Assembly: GCF_021869535.1 (NCBI RefSeq)
Contig: NW_026262667.1
Span: 10,602,001 to 10,666,000, forward strand
DNA from: Mytilus californianus
Taxonomy: Eukaryota
Reading direction: 5' to 3'
Length of the DNA: 64,000 nucleotides
The translations under genes and the position numbers were made by a program. Each line of letters starts with the position of its first letter. Positions within the stretch are counted from its first letter, which is position 1. Below, piece by piece: positions 14,201 to 25,900 of the stretch. The notes under the pieces are model-generated. The model had not been told where the DNA came from. It worked only from the letters and a program-made list of their open reading frames with translations, and did no database searches.

Positions 14201-14888
14201 CATCTTTGAAGCAAATCAATCGAAACGTGTCAAAACTATTTCTTACTTAATGTTGTCGCAAACATAAAATTAAGCAAAAGTTTTGACCCGTTTTTATTTA
14301 TTTTTTCGCGCTGATTATGAAGTTCAGTTGAAATCTGAGATGTCAGTGCAATCATGCACGCATCAAATAAACTTTAATTTTATATTGCTGCACACATCTT
14401 AAAAGTCTATTGAAAAATCTGATGATAAAATCAGTTACGCTTTATCAGATTTAAAGAAAGAAACTTATATTATTTATCCGTTTAAATTTCAAAACAACAA
14501 GGCCGTCATTGAGTGAAATATATGTTGACAAAATTATTCAACTCTCTATGGGGTCTGAAAGATAAAACCGCAGCATACTCGAGTAATGAAAAAACAAAGA
14601 ACGAAATAAAACAGATAGGTGTTAGCGCTGATGGCAACTGTTTTATTAATTTTTAGTTTCCTGTCTTTCACATTTTGGAAATTGCTTGTATGACAATATG
14701 AAAAAAAGACAAAAATATTGAGCAATATCTTTTAAGACAAAATACACACTGACCTGAAATGACCCTGTCCTTGATGGGATCTGATCAGTTCTGGTAACTA
14801 GATACACTTGTCCGAACGTGCCTTTCCCAATATGTTTCTCTACAGTAAATTCACCACAGTTTTTACCAATTATATTTTGTGCATCCAT
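5063..14888 (-). CDS. NEK-family Ser/Thr protein kinase (kinase A), complete 10-exon gene, 431 aa
   Basis: Exons (transcript order) 14754-14888, 13739-14014, 10385-10485, 9643-9742, 9181-9288, 8334-8514, 7562-7618, 7264-7354, 5576-5675, 5063-5209. All GT-AG, phases 0,0,2,0,0,1,1,2,0, total 1296 nt. Motifs [40 protein letters not shown]. Confidence 0.88.
5576..5675 (-). CDS. kinase A exon 9
   Basis: catttgcag acceptor; [33 protein letters not shown]; gtatta donor. Confidence 0.8.
5822..6122. repeat. Dispersed repeat family; other copies at about 3150-3335, 10660-10890, 13210-13365, 16265-16420, 17605-17710
   Basis: Shared blocks gcaggatctgcttacc.t..ggagcacc, ttcgtgttgctcggtcttt and catggcgttgtcagttt in both orientations. 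Confidence 0.75.
6800..7290 (-). repeat. ~51-bp tandem array (about 9 units) copying the kinase A exon 8 end and donor
   Basis: ttttacttacgcc (minus strand GGC|gtaagtaaaa) recurs at about 6842, 6948, 6999, 7097, 7253 with variants between. Confidence 0.85.
7264..7354 (-). CDS. kinase A exon 8
   Basis: tactttag acceptor; (D)[29 protein letters not shown](A); gtaagt donor; phase 1 to phase 2. Confidence 0.75.
7562..7618 (-). CDS. kinase A exon 7
   Basis: ttcttgtag acceptor; (D)[18 protein letters not shown]; gttagt donor; phase 1 to phase 1. Confidence 0.75.
8334..8514 (-). CDS. kinase A exon 6
   Basis: [34 protein letters not shown]...; gtacat donor is weak but its phase 1 fits exon 7. Confidence 0.85.
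9181..9288 (-). CDS. kinase A exon 5
   Basis: [36 protein letters not shown]; gtaggt donor. Confidence 0.93.
9643..9742 (-). CDS. kinase A exon 4 (activation segment)
   Basis: [33 protein letters not shown]; gtagag donor. Confidence 0.93.
10385..10485 (-). CDS. kinase A exon 3 (catalytic loop and DFG)
   Basis: [33 protein letters not shown](R); gtgagt donor, phase 2; too short for the ORF track. Confidence 0.95.
11200..11976. repeat. 54-bp minisatellite, about 14 copies, kinase A intron 2
   Basis: gaagacatcgatacagaaatacatgtcattagatatggctgaataatagaacgt. Confidence 0.97.
11977..12134. mobile_element. MITE with 5-bp TSD (ATATG), inserted in the 54-bp minisatellite
   Basis: Ends CAGGGGCGGATCC / GGATCCACTACTG; ATATG at 11972-11976 and 12135-12139. 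Confidence 0.85.
13497..13692 (-). mobile_element. Retrozyme / PLE-derived repeat copy carrying the hammerhead
   Basis: Flanking sequence matches the truncated copy at 4421-4463 (accaaaggtaccaggattaaaatttaatacgccagacgcgcgt); resembles the hammerhead-bearing retrozyme repeat of mussels; boundaries approximate. Confidence 0.6.
13526..13567 (-). ncRNA. Minimal type I hammerhead ribozyme
   Basis: Minus strand reads CGTCA CTGATGA GTC-TTTTGTA-GAC GAAAC GCGT GTC TGGCG: core CUGAUGA and GAAA, stem II GUC/GAC, stem I CGUCA/UGGCG, cleavage triplet GUC. Confidence 0.85.
13739..14014 (-). CDS. kinase A exon 2
   Basis: ttttcag acceptor; [11 protein letters not shown]...[11 protein letters not shown]...[11 protein letters not shown]...ASGLE; gtaaga donor. 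Confidence 0.93.
14754..14888 (-). CDS. kinase A exon 1
   Basis: MDAQNIIG...[13 protein letters not shown]...SFQ followed by gtcagt donor. Confidence 0.9.
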
Positions 14889-16424
14889 TTTGTACAATGT
14901 ATTCAAACAAACTGATGTTTTCAAAGTTAGTCACAAAGGATGGAACATTTCCAAATATACTGTATACTATAACTTCCTTTTTGGTAGATAAATATAGATT
15001 TTATACCTGAACAGTTTATGCCAATAATTAAAACGTCAATATCCCCGATTTCTATATCTAAATTTAGACTCTTTGGAATTTAAATCGGGTTTTCGGAAAA
15101 ACAATTTTTACTTCAGGTAATTTTTCAATTTAAAATGCAATTCTTTGGTTCGGTTGTGAAATAGTCATAATCAATACGGATTGCATACAATATACAAAAT
15201 ATGTTTTCTAGTTAATCGTGATAAGCAGAAATCCGACTCGGCGATATTCGGTGATGATCGTTGGGAGGGTGGCGGATTTGTGGTCTCAACTGCGAAACTA
15301 TATATGTGCTCCATGTGAAGGAATGGTGCTGTATTAACACGGAAAGTACACAATTGGAATCTATCAACGCGTTAGCCAAGACAAGACATGTCATAAGTAT
15401 CCTACAGTGAACAAACGTCTACATCTTGTGAAATTTCAGATGTCTTTATATTTTTTGGTTAAATTGTCGTGTTGCGTTGTCGACCTATACACAACATTCC
15501 CTTTTATTCATATCGAAATAGCCCAAGATGTAGATAACATTATTATTGTTCAGTAGAGACGACAGAATAAACGCCACAAAACCAAATGGTCAAATCAACA
15601 AATTAAGTTCAATTTTTATATTTGATTGCTTTGTAAGCGACATTACAAGTAATTGTCAGAAGGGAATGTAATCTCCGGAGATTATGATAAATCATGAATG
15701 AACAGATAAATCTAATGAGTGTATATAATAATAGGTTTTCTTCATATATATGTTTCTGAATATTCAAATTATCATAAAAAATGTTTGTCAAGTGTTTCCT
15801 TGTGTACTTGTGGATTTAAATTCATTGTAGTAAAAAGACAAATCCTATGCGTCTCTCTACTTTTGCTATGATAAACCCAATGAAAAAGCTATTCTATGCA
15901 TTACGTCAAGTTAAAAGCGTGTATAAAGATATCGTGAGGAATTCTTTTCGGCTAAAGAGGGAAATTATAAATTTTAATAGTACTGACCCGTACGATAAAA
16001 GAATGGTAAAATGGAACAAAAAAAAAATTAATAATGCTCTCATAACTTGTAAAATATGATACACAACCAAATGAACAGATACTTTTATTTGAGTTTACCT
16101 GATTCCCTTCAATGGTAGGGTTATGTAGAGACTACAACATCAGCTGAATAATAATAAGTTTTGAATTTTAGTTGGCATAATGAAAAGCCTTGTGCGACAT
16201 ACAATTTGATTTTGGAGAATCCAACGAATCGCATACCCGTCATACTACATCATAAATAAACCTTTGAATGAGACTTATTACCGAATGTGTTCTTACACGA
16301 GCAACACGACGGGTGCCACATGTGGAGCAGGATCTGCTAACCCTTCCAAAGCAACTGATATCACCACCGGTTTTTGTTGGGGTTCGTGTTGCTCGGTCTT
16401 TGGTTTTCTATGTTGTGTTTTGTA

Positions 16425-17615
16425 GACTTTTAAAATTGAGAATGGAAATGGGGAATGTGTCAAAGAGACAACAACCCGACCAAAGAGCAGAAAAAAGCTG
16501 AAGGCCATCAATGGGTCTTCAACACAGCGAGAAAATCCCGCACCCGGAAACGGGCTTCAGCTGGCCCCTACACAAAAATGTGTACTAGTTCAATGAAAAT
16601 GGACGTAACTCCAAAACATATAAATGAACTGAAATTAAAAAAAACATACAAGACTAACAAAGGCCAGAGGCTCCTGACTTGGGAAAGGCGCAAAAATGCG
16701 GCAGGGTTAAACACGCATGAGTTCTCAACCCTAGCTCCCCCTATACCTCTAGCCAATGTAGAATAAACAAACACACAGCAATACGCACAGTAAAACTCAG
16801 TTCAAAAGAAGTCCGAGTCCGATGTCAGAATAGGTAACAAAAGAAACTAAGCAAAATGACAAATTGAATGATACATAAATTAACAAAGGACTACTAGCAG
16901 TTACTGACATGCCAGCTCCAGACCTTAATTAAACTGATTGAAAGATTATGTATTCATCATATGAAAATCAAGCACAATCCCTCCCGTTAGGGGTTTAGTA
17001 TCATACCATCATAAAATACATAACCCGTATCATGCCAACAACTGGTTTTAGAATTAATGTGTTTATTTCCGATGCAAAGGCCCTATGAATGAATCAATAT
17101 TAATACCAAAAAATGCCATCTTTAATGACCTGACAACAGTATCGTAACTATATCCCTTCTGAATAAATCTGTTTAAAGGTTTTGTTAGCTTTTGAGGTGA
17201 ATGTCGACATTTTTGTGCTTTGTATAGAATATTACCATAAAAGATTGGATGTGAAATACCTGAACGTATAAGATGTCTGCATGTTGATTTATATTTACCA
17301 ATGATGTCCTTGTACCGATGATAAAATTTAGTAAATGTTTTGACTAGTTTGTGATATCAAAAACCCTAGTGTAATAATTTTTCAGTAATACAGAGGTTTC
17401 TTTCGTTAAAATCAAATACGTTGTTACATACACGAGCGAATCGAACAAGTTGAGATATATATTAAACACCATAAGATGGTGACAAGGGAACGTCATCATC
17501 TTAAAATGGATAATTAACAATACGAAATGAAAAATCATCTCTTTTATCATAAATTTTGGTTTTAAGCTTCCCGTTAAAGATATAGATATCAAGATCCAGG
17601 AAAGGGCAGTGTTCA
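16425..17615 (-). mobile_element. 5'-truncated Penelope-like retroelement (RT thumb remnant plus 3' non-coding tail)
   Basis: 17615-17063 translates to FLDLDIYIFNGKLKTKIYDKRDDFSFRIVNYPF*...PSYGV/YISQLVRFARVC...YHKLVKTFTKFY...GPLHRK* with stops and a frameshift. Confidence 0.75.
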
Positions 17616-18323
17616 TTGTTAGTATTTTGTTTCATTATTTGCCATGGTGTTGTCAGTTTGTCTTCGACGTATGAACTTAAATATCCCTTTGGTATGTGCC
17701 GCCTCTGTTCTAACGCGATATTTGTTCCAATTGCAAAGATTTTTTTGGGGAAATCATGACACAATTTACTATAATTGAACGCAGTATTTTCCGTTTATTT
17801 AATAAAAAAATTAAGTAATAAGATCCGACTAGATCAATTGGTTGCATAATATTTGACAGAAGGCTAAATTGGCCGTCAACGCTGTTATTTGTTCTTCAAT
17901 GAAGCTACAATTTAAAATTCTTAAATTCAAAGTCCGTGAACATATCTAAGAGGGTTTCTCAAAGGTTCAAGAACTACATCCTTGTCCTAAAATATACCGC
18001 ATTCTTTCTTATTATAAAACATTTCGTAAGTGTAAAATGTAGGACAATAAGTCAAGCTTACATATGTATTTAGTAAAGTTTTATGGCGTTTGATTCTTTT
18101 GTTTATGTTTCACATTTAATAATTTCTTAAATATCAAAGACAATTGAATCGAAAGTGTTAAAAATTATTGCATGGTATGTAACTCTTTGGTTTAAAACCA
18201 GTGATATCTACTTATTCTACCATATGTCAGTCCTTACAAACACTTTTAATAGACATCAGACATTTTTATTTACCAATCAAAATACAAAAATACCCGCTTA
18301 ACTTAAAATCGGACGTGTTTGAA

Positions 18324-18702
18324 ATGAATGTTACAGCAAGGAACTACTACAGAGATTCTAATGATCCACGAAAAAACTATCCAACTGCAGCTAAAGAGGC
18401 CCATCTAAGACTTTTGGCAGAGTTAAGTAATGTGATCGACCCGTCCGTTAACAAAGTGCGATATGATGCAATAATCCGACGACTGGTTCCGTACATGGTA
18501 TCAATGTTGTCTAAGAAAGCTCAGAACTTCATAGATATTTTTGAATCTTTAGAAAAGCTCCATTTTGTTGAGGTCGGAAAGTATGGCGCCTTGAAGAAAA
18601 TACTAAGGGAATTTGATCAGCAGTATGTACAGATCATAGAAAATGCTGAAGACGAAATCAAAATTATTATGAAAACACACAAACAGCCAAAGCCAGTTCA
18701 GA
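18324..18702 (+). CDS. FADD-like exon 1 (DED)
   Basis: 379 nt ending CAG A|gtaagt. Confidence 0.78.
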
Positions 18703-19617
18703 GTAAGTATAAAAGAAATAGAATGGCAAAGAATATTACCTGTTGTTAGTTATTTAAAACCTAAATTTCATTAATTCTAAATATAAATAAAAATCGATGT
18801 GCAATGAGTCAATGAGACGACATCCTAACAACATGTAAAGATTAACATGAAATAATTCATGAAACAAAACACCCAAATAAAAACGGATTCACCAAATTTG
18901 CAAAACATGAAAGCTAAAGGGTAAATGAATTACACTTATGCATCAGACATACACCTGGCTACAACCAATCGATGTTATACATGTACTTATATTTCCCCCA
19001 ATCAAACCGAGGTACGTGTTAACTAAAATGTATCAAATACAATATGTTAAAGTTTTATGTCAAAAATTACTTTGCGAGTTGTCAAATATGAAGAAATCAA
19101 TATAGGAGAAAACTTATAAATGGCCCTACAAATTGCCAAGTTCTATATGTTTTCTTTACCGTTTTAATGTTAATGTTACAATAAACACGTCAATATAATT
19201 GCAGACAGCAAACTACACCATTCTGAAGATAGCTTTGTGTCTACACTATCAGAGGGAGAAAGTCACATGTGGGTCGGTAAAATTCCTCGCCAAATCGAAC
19301 ACAAGATACTTACTGAAGAAGACCTAGAGAATTTCAGTGAGGCCATTATCCCAACAAAGTTAGAAGTTGTTAGAACTGCATTTTGGCTGAGTTCAACAGA
19401 ATTGGACCAGATGATCAAACAAGCTCGTGGTAGTTTGACAATTGCTCGTTTTCTCATTCTGTTGAAATGGCAGGAGAAAAATGGAGGCACTGCTTTTGTA
19501 AATGATATTATCAATAGATTCTCGGAATCATTGGAAATGGATGCTTACTCTATAAACTTTGTAAAAGCTAGAAGCGCCCTTGAAAAGATGACACTTGAAA
19601 TGAACAACAAAAAGTAG
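18324..19617 (+). CDS. FADD-like adaptor with N-terminal death effector domain and C-terminal death domain, 2 coding exons, about 263 aa
   Basis: Exons 18324-18702 (A|gtaagt, phase 1) and 19205-19617 (ttgcag|AC). DED-like HLRLLAELSNVID...FIDIFESLEKLHFVEVGKYGALKKILREFD; DD-like LTEEDLENFSEAI...FWLSSTELDQMIK...LILLKWQEKNGGTAFVNDII. AATAAA near 19675. Start is uncertain because the frame is open from 18201. Confidence 0.75.
19205..19617 (+). CDS. FADD-like exon 2 (death domain)
   Basis: ttgcag acceptor, phase matches exon 1, ends NNKK-TAG. Confidence 0.8.
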
Positions 19618-20924
19618 CATGGGCTTACAACCAGATTTCAAATGTTTAACCCTCTTTCCCTCTCCCAAACCAAAAATAAACTGAATTACAGTCTATTACC
19701 TAAGAAACAATATACAAACTCCATAAACCTCCTGATTTTGCAGAATTTATATTCTAAAGGACAAAAAAAAACTTTTCAATAACACACATCAAAATTTCTA
19801 TATAAAATAGTTACTTTTATTGTACTAATTTTCAATAGCAATTTTTTTTCTACTTTCCAAATGTATTAAAAAGGACGATTTTCAAGAAATTGATAATCAA
19901 ACAAATGATTTAAACCCTACTCAATCCCCCACAAAAGATCAATTGTTGGTGCCTTAAGAGATGTGTTTGTCTGTGCAGGATGAATAAATTTGCAGCAACG
20001 TTAAGTCAAAAAGGGACCATTATCTGGCTCACTTAACATTAAAGAACACTTGCAACAATTCTTTAAAGGGGATCTGTGGGTAACCTGTTCAAAAGAATCC
20101 TTTGCCCATATCCAAATTCCTGCCCATCAACCTGATTGACCCACTGTGCAGAGTCTATCTATTTGTCCTCGTCATGAATATGCATGTAATATTTGCCACT
20201 GGATATTCAGCAAGCAATAATCAATCAAACTACAAAATACCCATATTACTTATAGTTTGTGGCATGATATAATAGTTTTATTATGTAATTTGAGTCTTGT
20301 CAAATAAAATTATTTGAAACTGCTCCAGAGGTATTTTCCACTACAAAATGCATGCACCTATATAAAACTCTAGACTTAATGTGCAAAAGCCATCATATAC
20401 AATCTGCTTGTAAAACATCGTCTTGAGATTATTTTAGTTATTACTACAGGAATATTCCATACAATAAATCAAGCCTATGATGGCAGATAAGTGTGTTTGA
20501 TTATAAAAATTCAGATAAATTTCATGCTTATATTGATTAAGTTGTGAAGATTATTCATTATAGATTAATTATCTGAAGTTTAATTAAATATTAATATGGA
20601 TGGAGTTGTTGTGTGTGTATTCTAAAAACTAATTGAGGAAAGTTTAGCTTCAATTTATTTTTGACATTTAATCAAGTTAAATGTATTATATAGTTGGTTG
20701 CACATTAAATATTTGATATAACTTACTAAATGAATAGGTACATACTCAATACTTAAACTGTTTATTTCTTATCACATTCTAGGACAACAAAACCAAACTT
20801 TACAAAAATTCAATATTCTGTAGATCAGTATCATTTGTTCATGAAGACATTTATTACATAGCATTGCTCCATAAACACTAAAATAAGAAAAGGACATTTC
20901 TGAATTTATGGATGGTGAAAAAAG

Positions 20925-21417
20925 GAGGTAAACGGACAGAAAGTCACAGGACAAAAAGTCACAGGACATAAAGTCACAAATTTGATAGGACAAAAAGTCA
21001 CAAATAGTTTGTTGACAATTGTTTGAATATACAAGAGAAAGATCTTGAAATATTTTCTTTTTATTACATATATTCATTTTTAAGTTTAGGAAATTGTTCA
21101 TAAGCCTTGATAAATAAAAATTTATTAAATTTTAATCGTGCAAAGGATATATTTCTTGGCACCATGAAGCCATTTAAGGATCAAGCCTCTTTGACATTTT
21201 GTTTTCATAGCAATTATTTGATCATTATTAATATTTATTGCATAAATTTTAATTACAAAGTTGCTTTATAAATAATAGTTTAAGAAAAAAAACAAACTAT
21301 TTCTTTTTAAATTAGTTTTTTCTTGTTCAAAGAAAAATAATCTCAAAACTGAATTATGATTTTTTGTCCTGTGACTTTTTGTCCGTGACTTTTTGTCCTG
21401 TGACTTTCTGTCCTACA
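20925..21417. mobile_element. Foldback-type element with inverted ggacaaaaagtcaca subterminal arrays
   Basis: Array at 20935-21005 is mirrored at 21360-21415; right end reads TGTAGGAC on the minus strand. Confidence 0.65.
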
Positions 21418-22775
21418 TTCAAAAAAGGAGATACCAAGGGAAAAAAACATACAAACCATGGCAAAAAAAAAAAACAACAAGAGGCTTTAAAGAGCCTGTG
21501 TTGCTCACCTGGGCTAGGTCAATGTGCATCTTCAACAATGGACACTCTCCAACATTGTGGATTAGAATAGAATTAATGACAAAAATCTTTTTTTTTTTCA
21601 TCTTGTATTGCTGATCATTTTTTACAGTTTCTCTCTATCTTTTTAAGTTCTTGCCCTATGGGCCAGGTGAGCTAATAAAAAGTAGACAATAAAAACCACA
21701 CAGAAAACTAAAGATAGTCACAACAACCCCACCATATGACACTAGTCACATCAGGTTAAAATCTAGCATAAAGAAAGAAATACCAAAATAAAAATAACTT
21801 AGTTGATCACATGATCATCCATCTGAATAACAGCTGACAAATGTCTATTATCTTTTAAATGCTTTTCATTATTTGGAGAATTGTTTTAATGACTGATCTT
21901 TGACTGCTTTATTTCTGTTAAATTTATTCACAACTTTTATAAAGAGTTGAGTCTATTTAGAGCTTGACATATTTTGTTAACACCTGTCTTATTTTAAAAT
22001 AACTATGTTACCCTCTAAAAGTCTTTTGATTATTCTTGATGTTCAGTTGTCTCATTAACCTATACCCAACATGTACTTTTAATCTACCTCTACATGCAAG
22101 ACTCTAAGAACTAACAGCAGTTGTTAATGTTCTCCAATAATTGTTTAGGATTGAAAAGATCAGGCTTCCAGTTTCAGAGAAGATATATCAAATCAATTAT
22201 TTGTCTTTATGTGTTATTCTTTGACCAAGTTTTCCCCATAACTGATAGGAATTAAGCATTAATTGTTATTATGGATGACCTGCAATAACTATATATTTAC
22301 TGGTTTTCTGTGGCCAAGTTTTCCCCTGACTGAAAATAAAACAAGGAATACTTTTTATGAATGACCCTCAATAACAGTATCATTCACTGGTATTCTTTGA
22401 CCAAGTTAATCACTGACTAAAAAAATATGAGGAGTTTTGATGGACGACCTTAGATATCTGTGACCTTCAATATCTGTGACCTCCAATATTTGTACTATTC
22501 CTGCATGTTTAAATCAACTGACGAAGTTTTAGAAAAGTTTTTGAAAATTTTGAAAAGCTAGCGGAAAAATGGATGATAGAGATAAAGTGATGGCAACAGT
22601 TCACACTTGCTCTAAAAACCTGGTGAGCTACAATTGGCATCCAGTTCTTCACATCCATATGTCCAATGTGACACCCATATGTCAAATGTTCTAGTATTAT
22701 TCAACAAGATTGTGGAGTGAAATAAAATGTATTCACACAATTATCATTTTATATTTTATTATTAATCAGCGGTTG

Positions 22776-22948
22776 TCAAGAAACATTATCCAGATAATCT
22801 AAATCCAGTTGTTTGAATTGAACTTGCTGTTCGTACCATTTAGCTATTGTTAACAGTTCTTTATCCTTGAAATTTTGTCCTATAAATTGTAATCCTATAG
22901 GTAATCCATCACCAGAAAGCTTGGAAGGCACTGTAATGGCTGGCACAC
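22776..22948 (-). CDS. QRSL1: QRSL1 exon 10 (terminal)
   Basis: [42 protein letters not shown]...NVS-TGA. Confidence 0.95.
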
Positions 22949-25900
22949 CTGAAATATAGTGGCATTTATTACTACATCAAATTTCCTTACCTCTATAGTC
23001 GGTGGCTTGAATGATGAAAAGCTTATAGATTTAATAAAGTACTGGTATTCTCAACAATTAGTGTAAAGTTATATATATAACACTGTAGTAACTACTTATA
23101 TAATTTTAGTATATACCTTTAGAACATTAGAAATCAGAATTAAGGAATAACAGTACTGTAGTACAAATGTTGCAACCATCAATTGTCGACCGTCAAATCG
23201 AAATTGACAGCGGCAACTCTTCAACGACAGTACTGGTATTCAAATTCAAATGCATTACAAAAAGAAATAATACGTACAGATATTTGAGACAGTTGACGAT
23301 GGCAACTCTTCAACTACAGTACAAAAAGAAATAAGTAAAGAGCTTGAAAAAAAGCTATAAATTTGAAATCAAATAAAATTCTGCGAAATGTCATGGCTAA
23401 ATGTGATGTCAACCATCACATCATACAAATGAGAACTTAGAAACTGAAGGTTATAACGTTACTTCTTCCATGGAAGTATTATATTGACAGGAACTACTAC
23501 GACCTGACTTCAAACGTTTTAATTTAATGACATGTTAATTAACTTGAAACATGGTACGTTATTTACACATCAGCGTGAGGCACTCTACAATTTTCTCATT
23601 CTTGGTTGCTTTCGCCATTACGGAAATAAACAAAGAAATCGAAAGTTGTCATAAATTCTAAGGAAACAGCAATCGGCAAACCTCGGTAGATTCCGTTACC
23701 CTACATTTGCCTATGTGTGCTAATTGATTTGTGCGAGACATTATTAAAAATTCTTGAAAAAAACATATTGACGATGGAAATTTGTACCATATCAATTGAA
23801 TAAATACACCATGTTTATTGATTTATTTTTCTGTAGAAATTGCACTTTGTATATATCGCAAGTTGTGATTAATTACTGTTTGTTTAACGTCCAGTGGCAT
23901 ACATTTCATGCATATTTAAGACAATTGTAAACTGATTGTTCTAATTAAAATAAAAAAAAAAATAATAGAGATTTTTAATGTTAGAATTATAAGGCTTTGC
24001 TTTACATCCAGGGTAAGATCATTGGTTGTATAAGAATGTTTCTGCTGAGCCCAGTGTGTTGAATGATGGTAATATTTACTAGTATCATTTGGACAGAAAG
24101 TGATAAAGTATTTTATGGGATAGAGATAGTTTAGCCATTATATAACATTTTAAATGTCTTCGTTTTTTGTCAAATTGATAAATACGGATCAAATCACAAG
24201 TCATGATTGGCATATTCATAAATGTACAAATAGAAATACTGACCACGGCTGTATATAATCGTACAAAATTCGTTCATATATGAATATTTTAGCAGTTTTG
24301 AATCAAATGTCAAAAAATTAAAACGCACATATATATAAATAACAAGGTGCATCTTTTTTTACTATATTTGTTTTATATATAATTTCTATGCTATTCAGCC
24401 CTTGATCGATTAAAATTCGCATATAAAACTGAAAATTTCTACTTTCCAGGCTAATCAAGGCTCTTTTCTATATATATTAATCGATTTGTCGCAGTGTATA
24501 TTTATATCAGGAACATTTTCGTGACTCGGCAGTAACCGGAACACACCATTATGACGGTTTTAACATAACCCCTGAAGAAATAAAATAATGTCAATTACTA
24601 CTTTAAAAGATTGTAGTATCAATAATTCTGGGCCGATTTTCATTTTTTATGAATCAGTCGATTTGTTTAAATAAGTTGTTTATGATTAAAGGTCAAACGA
24701 CGCGATTGAAATAAGCAAAGGTGTTTTCCGACAGGTATTGGTGTTAACATGTTTCGATAAAAACCATGTGATTGATAAGAAGTATCTCTGGTCAATTTAT
24801 GACCGCGGCATCGCAGATAGTCACACAAAGAAATTAACGATAGCGCATTAATTAGACAGTTTCCATATCTTTTCTACAGCGCTCCCCGGGTTATAAAAAA
24901 GTGCTCATAAATCGTTGTAGTTCCTGTCAATATAATACTTCCATGCTTCTACAAATCAAATAAGAATAAAATCACATCATAATGGAATTTTTTAGGTAGG
25001 TTTTGTTATAATTTCTATAATATTGTAGTAATCAAACAATTGTTGATCCAAGCAATCCAAAATGGCGGGTCACTCCTTAGTTACAACATGTCAACTATGG
25101 ATTTGATGGTAACTTTTAGCCAATGAAAAAAATTGTTACATAAAAATTGCATAAGAATATGTAACACAAGGTGAATGACACAAGATATTAAAATGTGACA
25201 GTAAAATAGAGTGATATCAACATCTGATTGGCATAATCTGAACACAGATTTCAAGTATAGGAACTAAACCCGTCATTCTTAATAATATATAGGTAAACAT
25301 GTATACCAAGGGTCACAACATTTTTTTTGAAGTGATAACAGACATCTTTTTAGGACTAAAAAGCTGGAATATTTAATTTCAAACTGTAAAATTTATATCA
25401 CGTCATGACATAAAGGAACCTCGATCAACGGTTTTGTTGTATAAACTGAATGTAACACTAAAATACCAAACTGTCTGCCCTTTTCCTACTGTGAACAATT
25501 AAGACAGTTTCAAGTAAGGCAATATATCTAGATGGAAGTCTGTTTTTATGTTATATAAATTATGAGTATAATGAGTACTAGAAAGCTGTTAACTTAAAAA
25601 TTATTTGCCGCTGGATGTCAGCAAACAACAGTCGATCAATCAACAATTCAGACTAAAGACAGGCATGCCAGTCAACATATAATTGGTACATACCAGCCAT
25701 ATTTACAGGTTGTGTGAAGATATCCTGTTCCTCCGAGGCAGTTCTATTATCTCTCTCTGTAAACCATTTGTATGTTGGTGCTGTTGTCAAGGTCGTAGGG
25801 GTCAGTAATACATCCACACCAGATGCAAAAACTTTCTTAAAATCCTCAGAAATTAATCTTCTTACTTTCATTGCTTTGGCAAAGTACTTTTCATAGTTCC

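Noticed and set aside
14942-14952. NF-kB-like GGAACATTTCC upstream of kinase A, and ISRE-like aaagtgaaagt near 43741
   Set aside because: Short degenerate motifs expected by chance in AT-rich DNA; no independent support.
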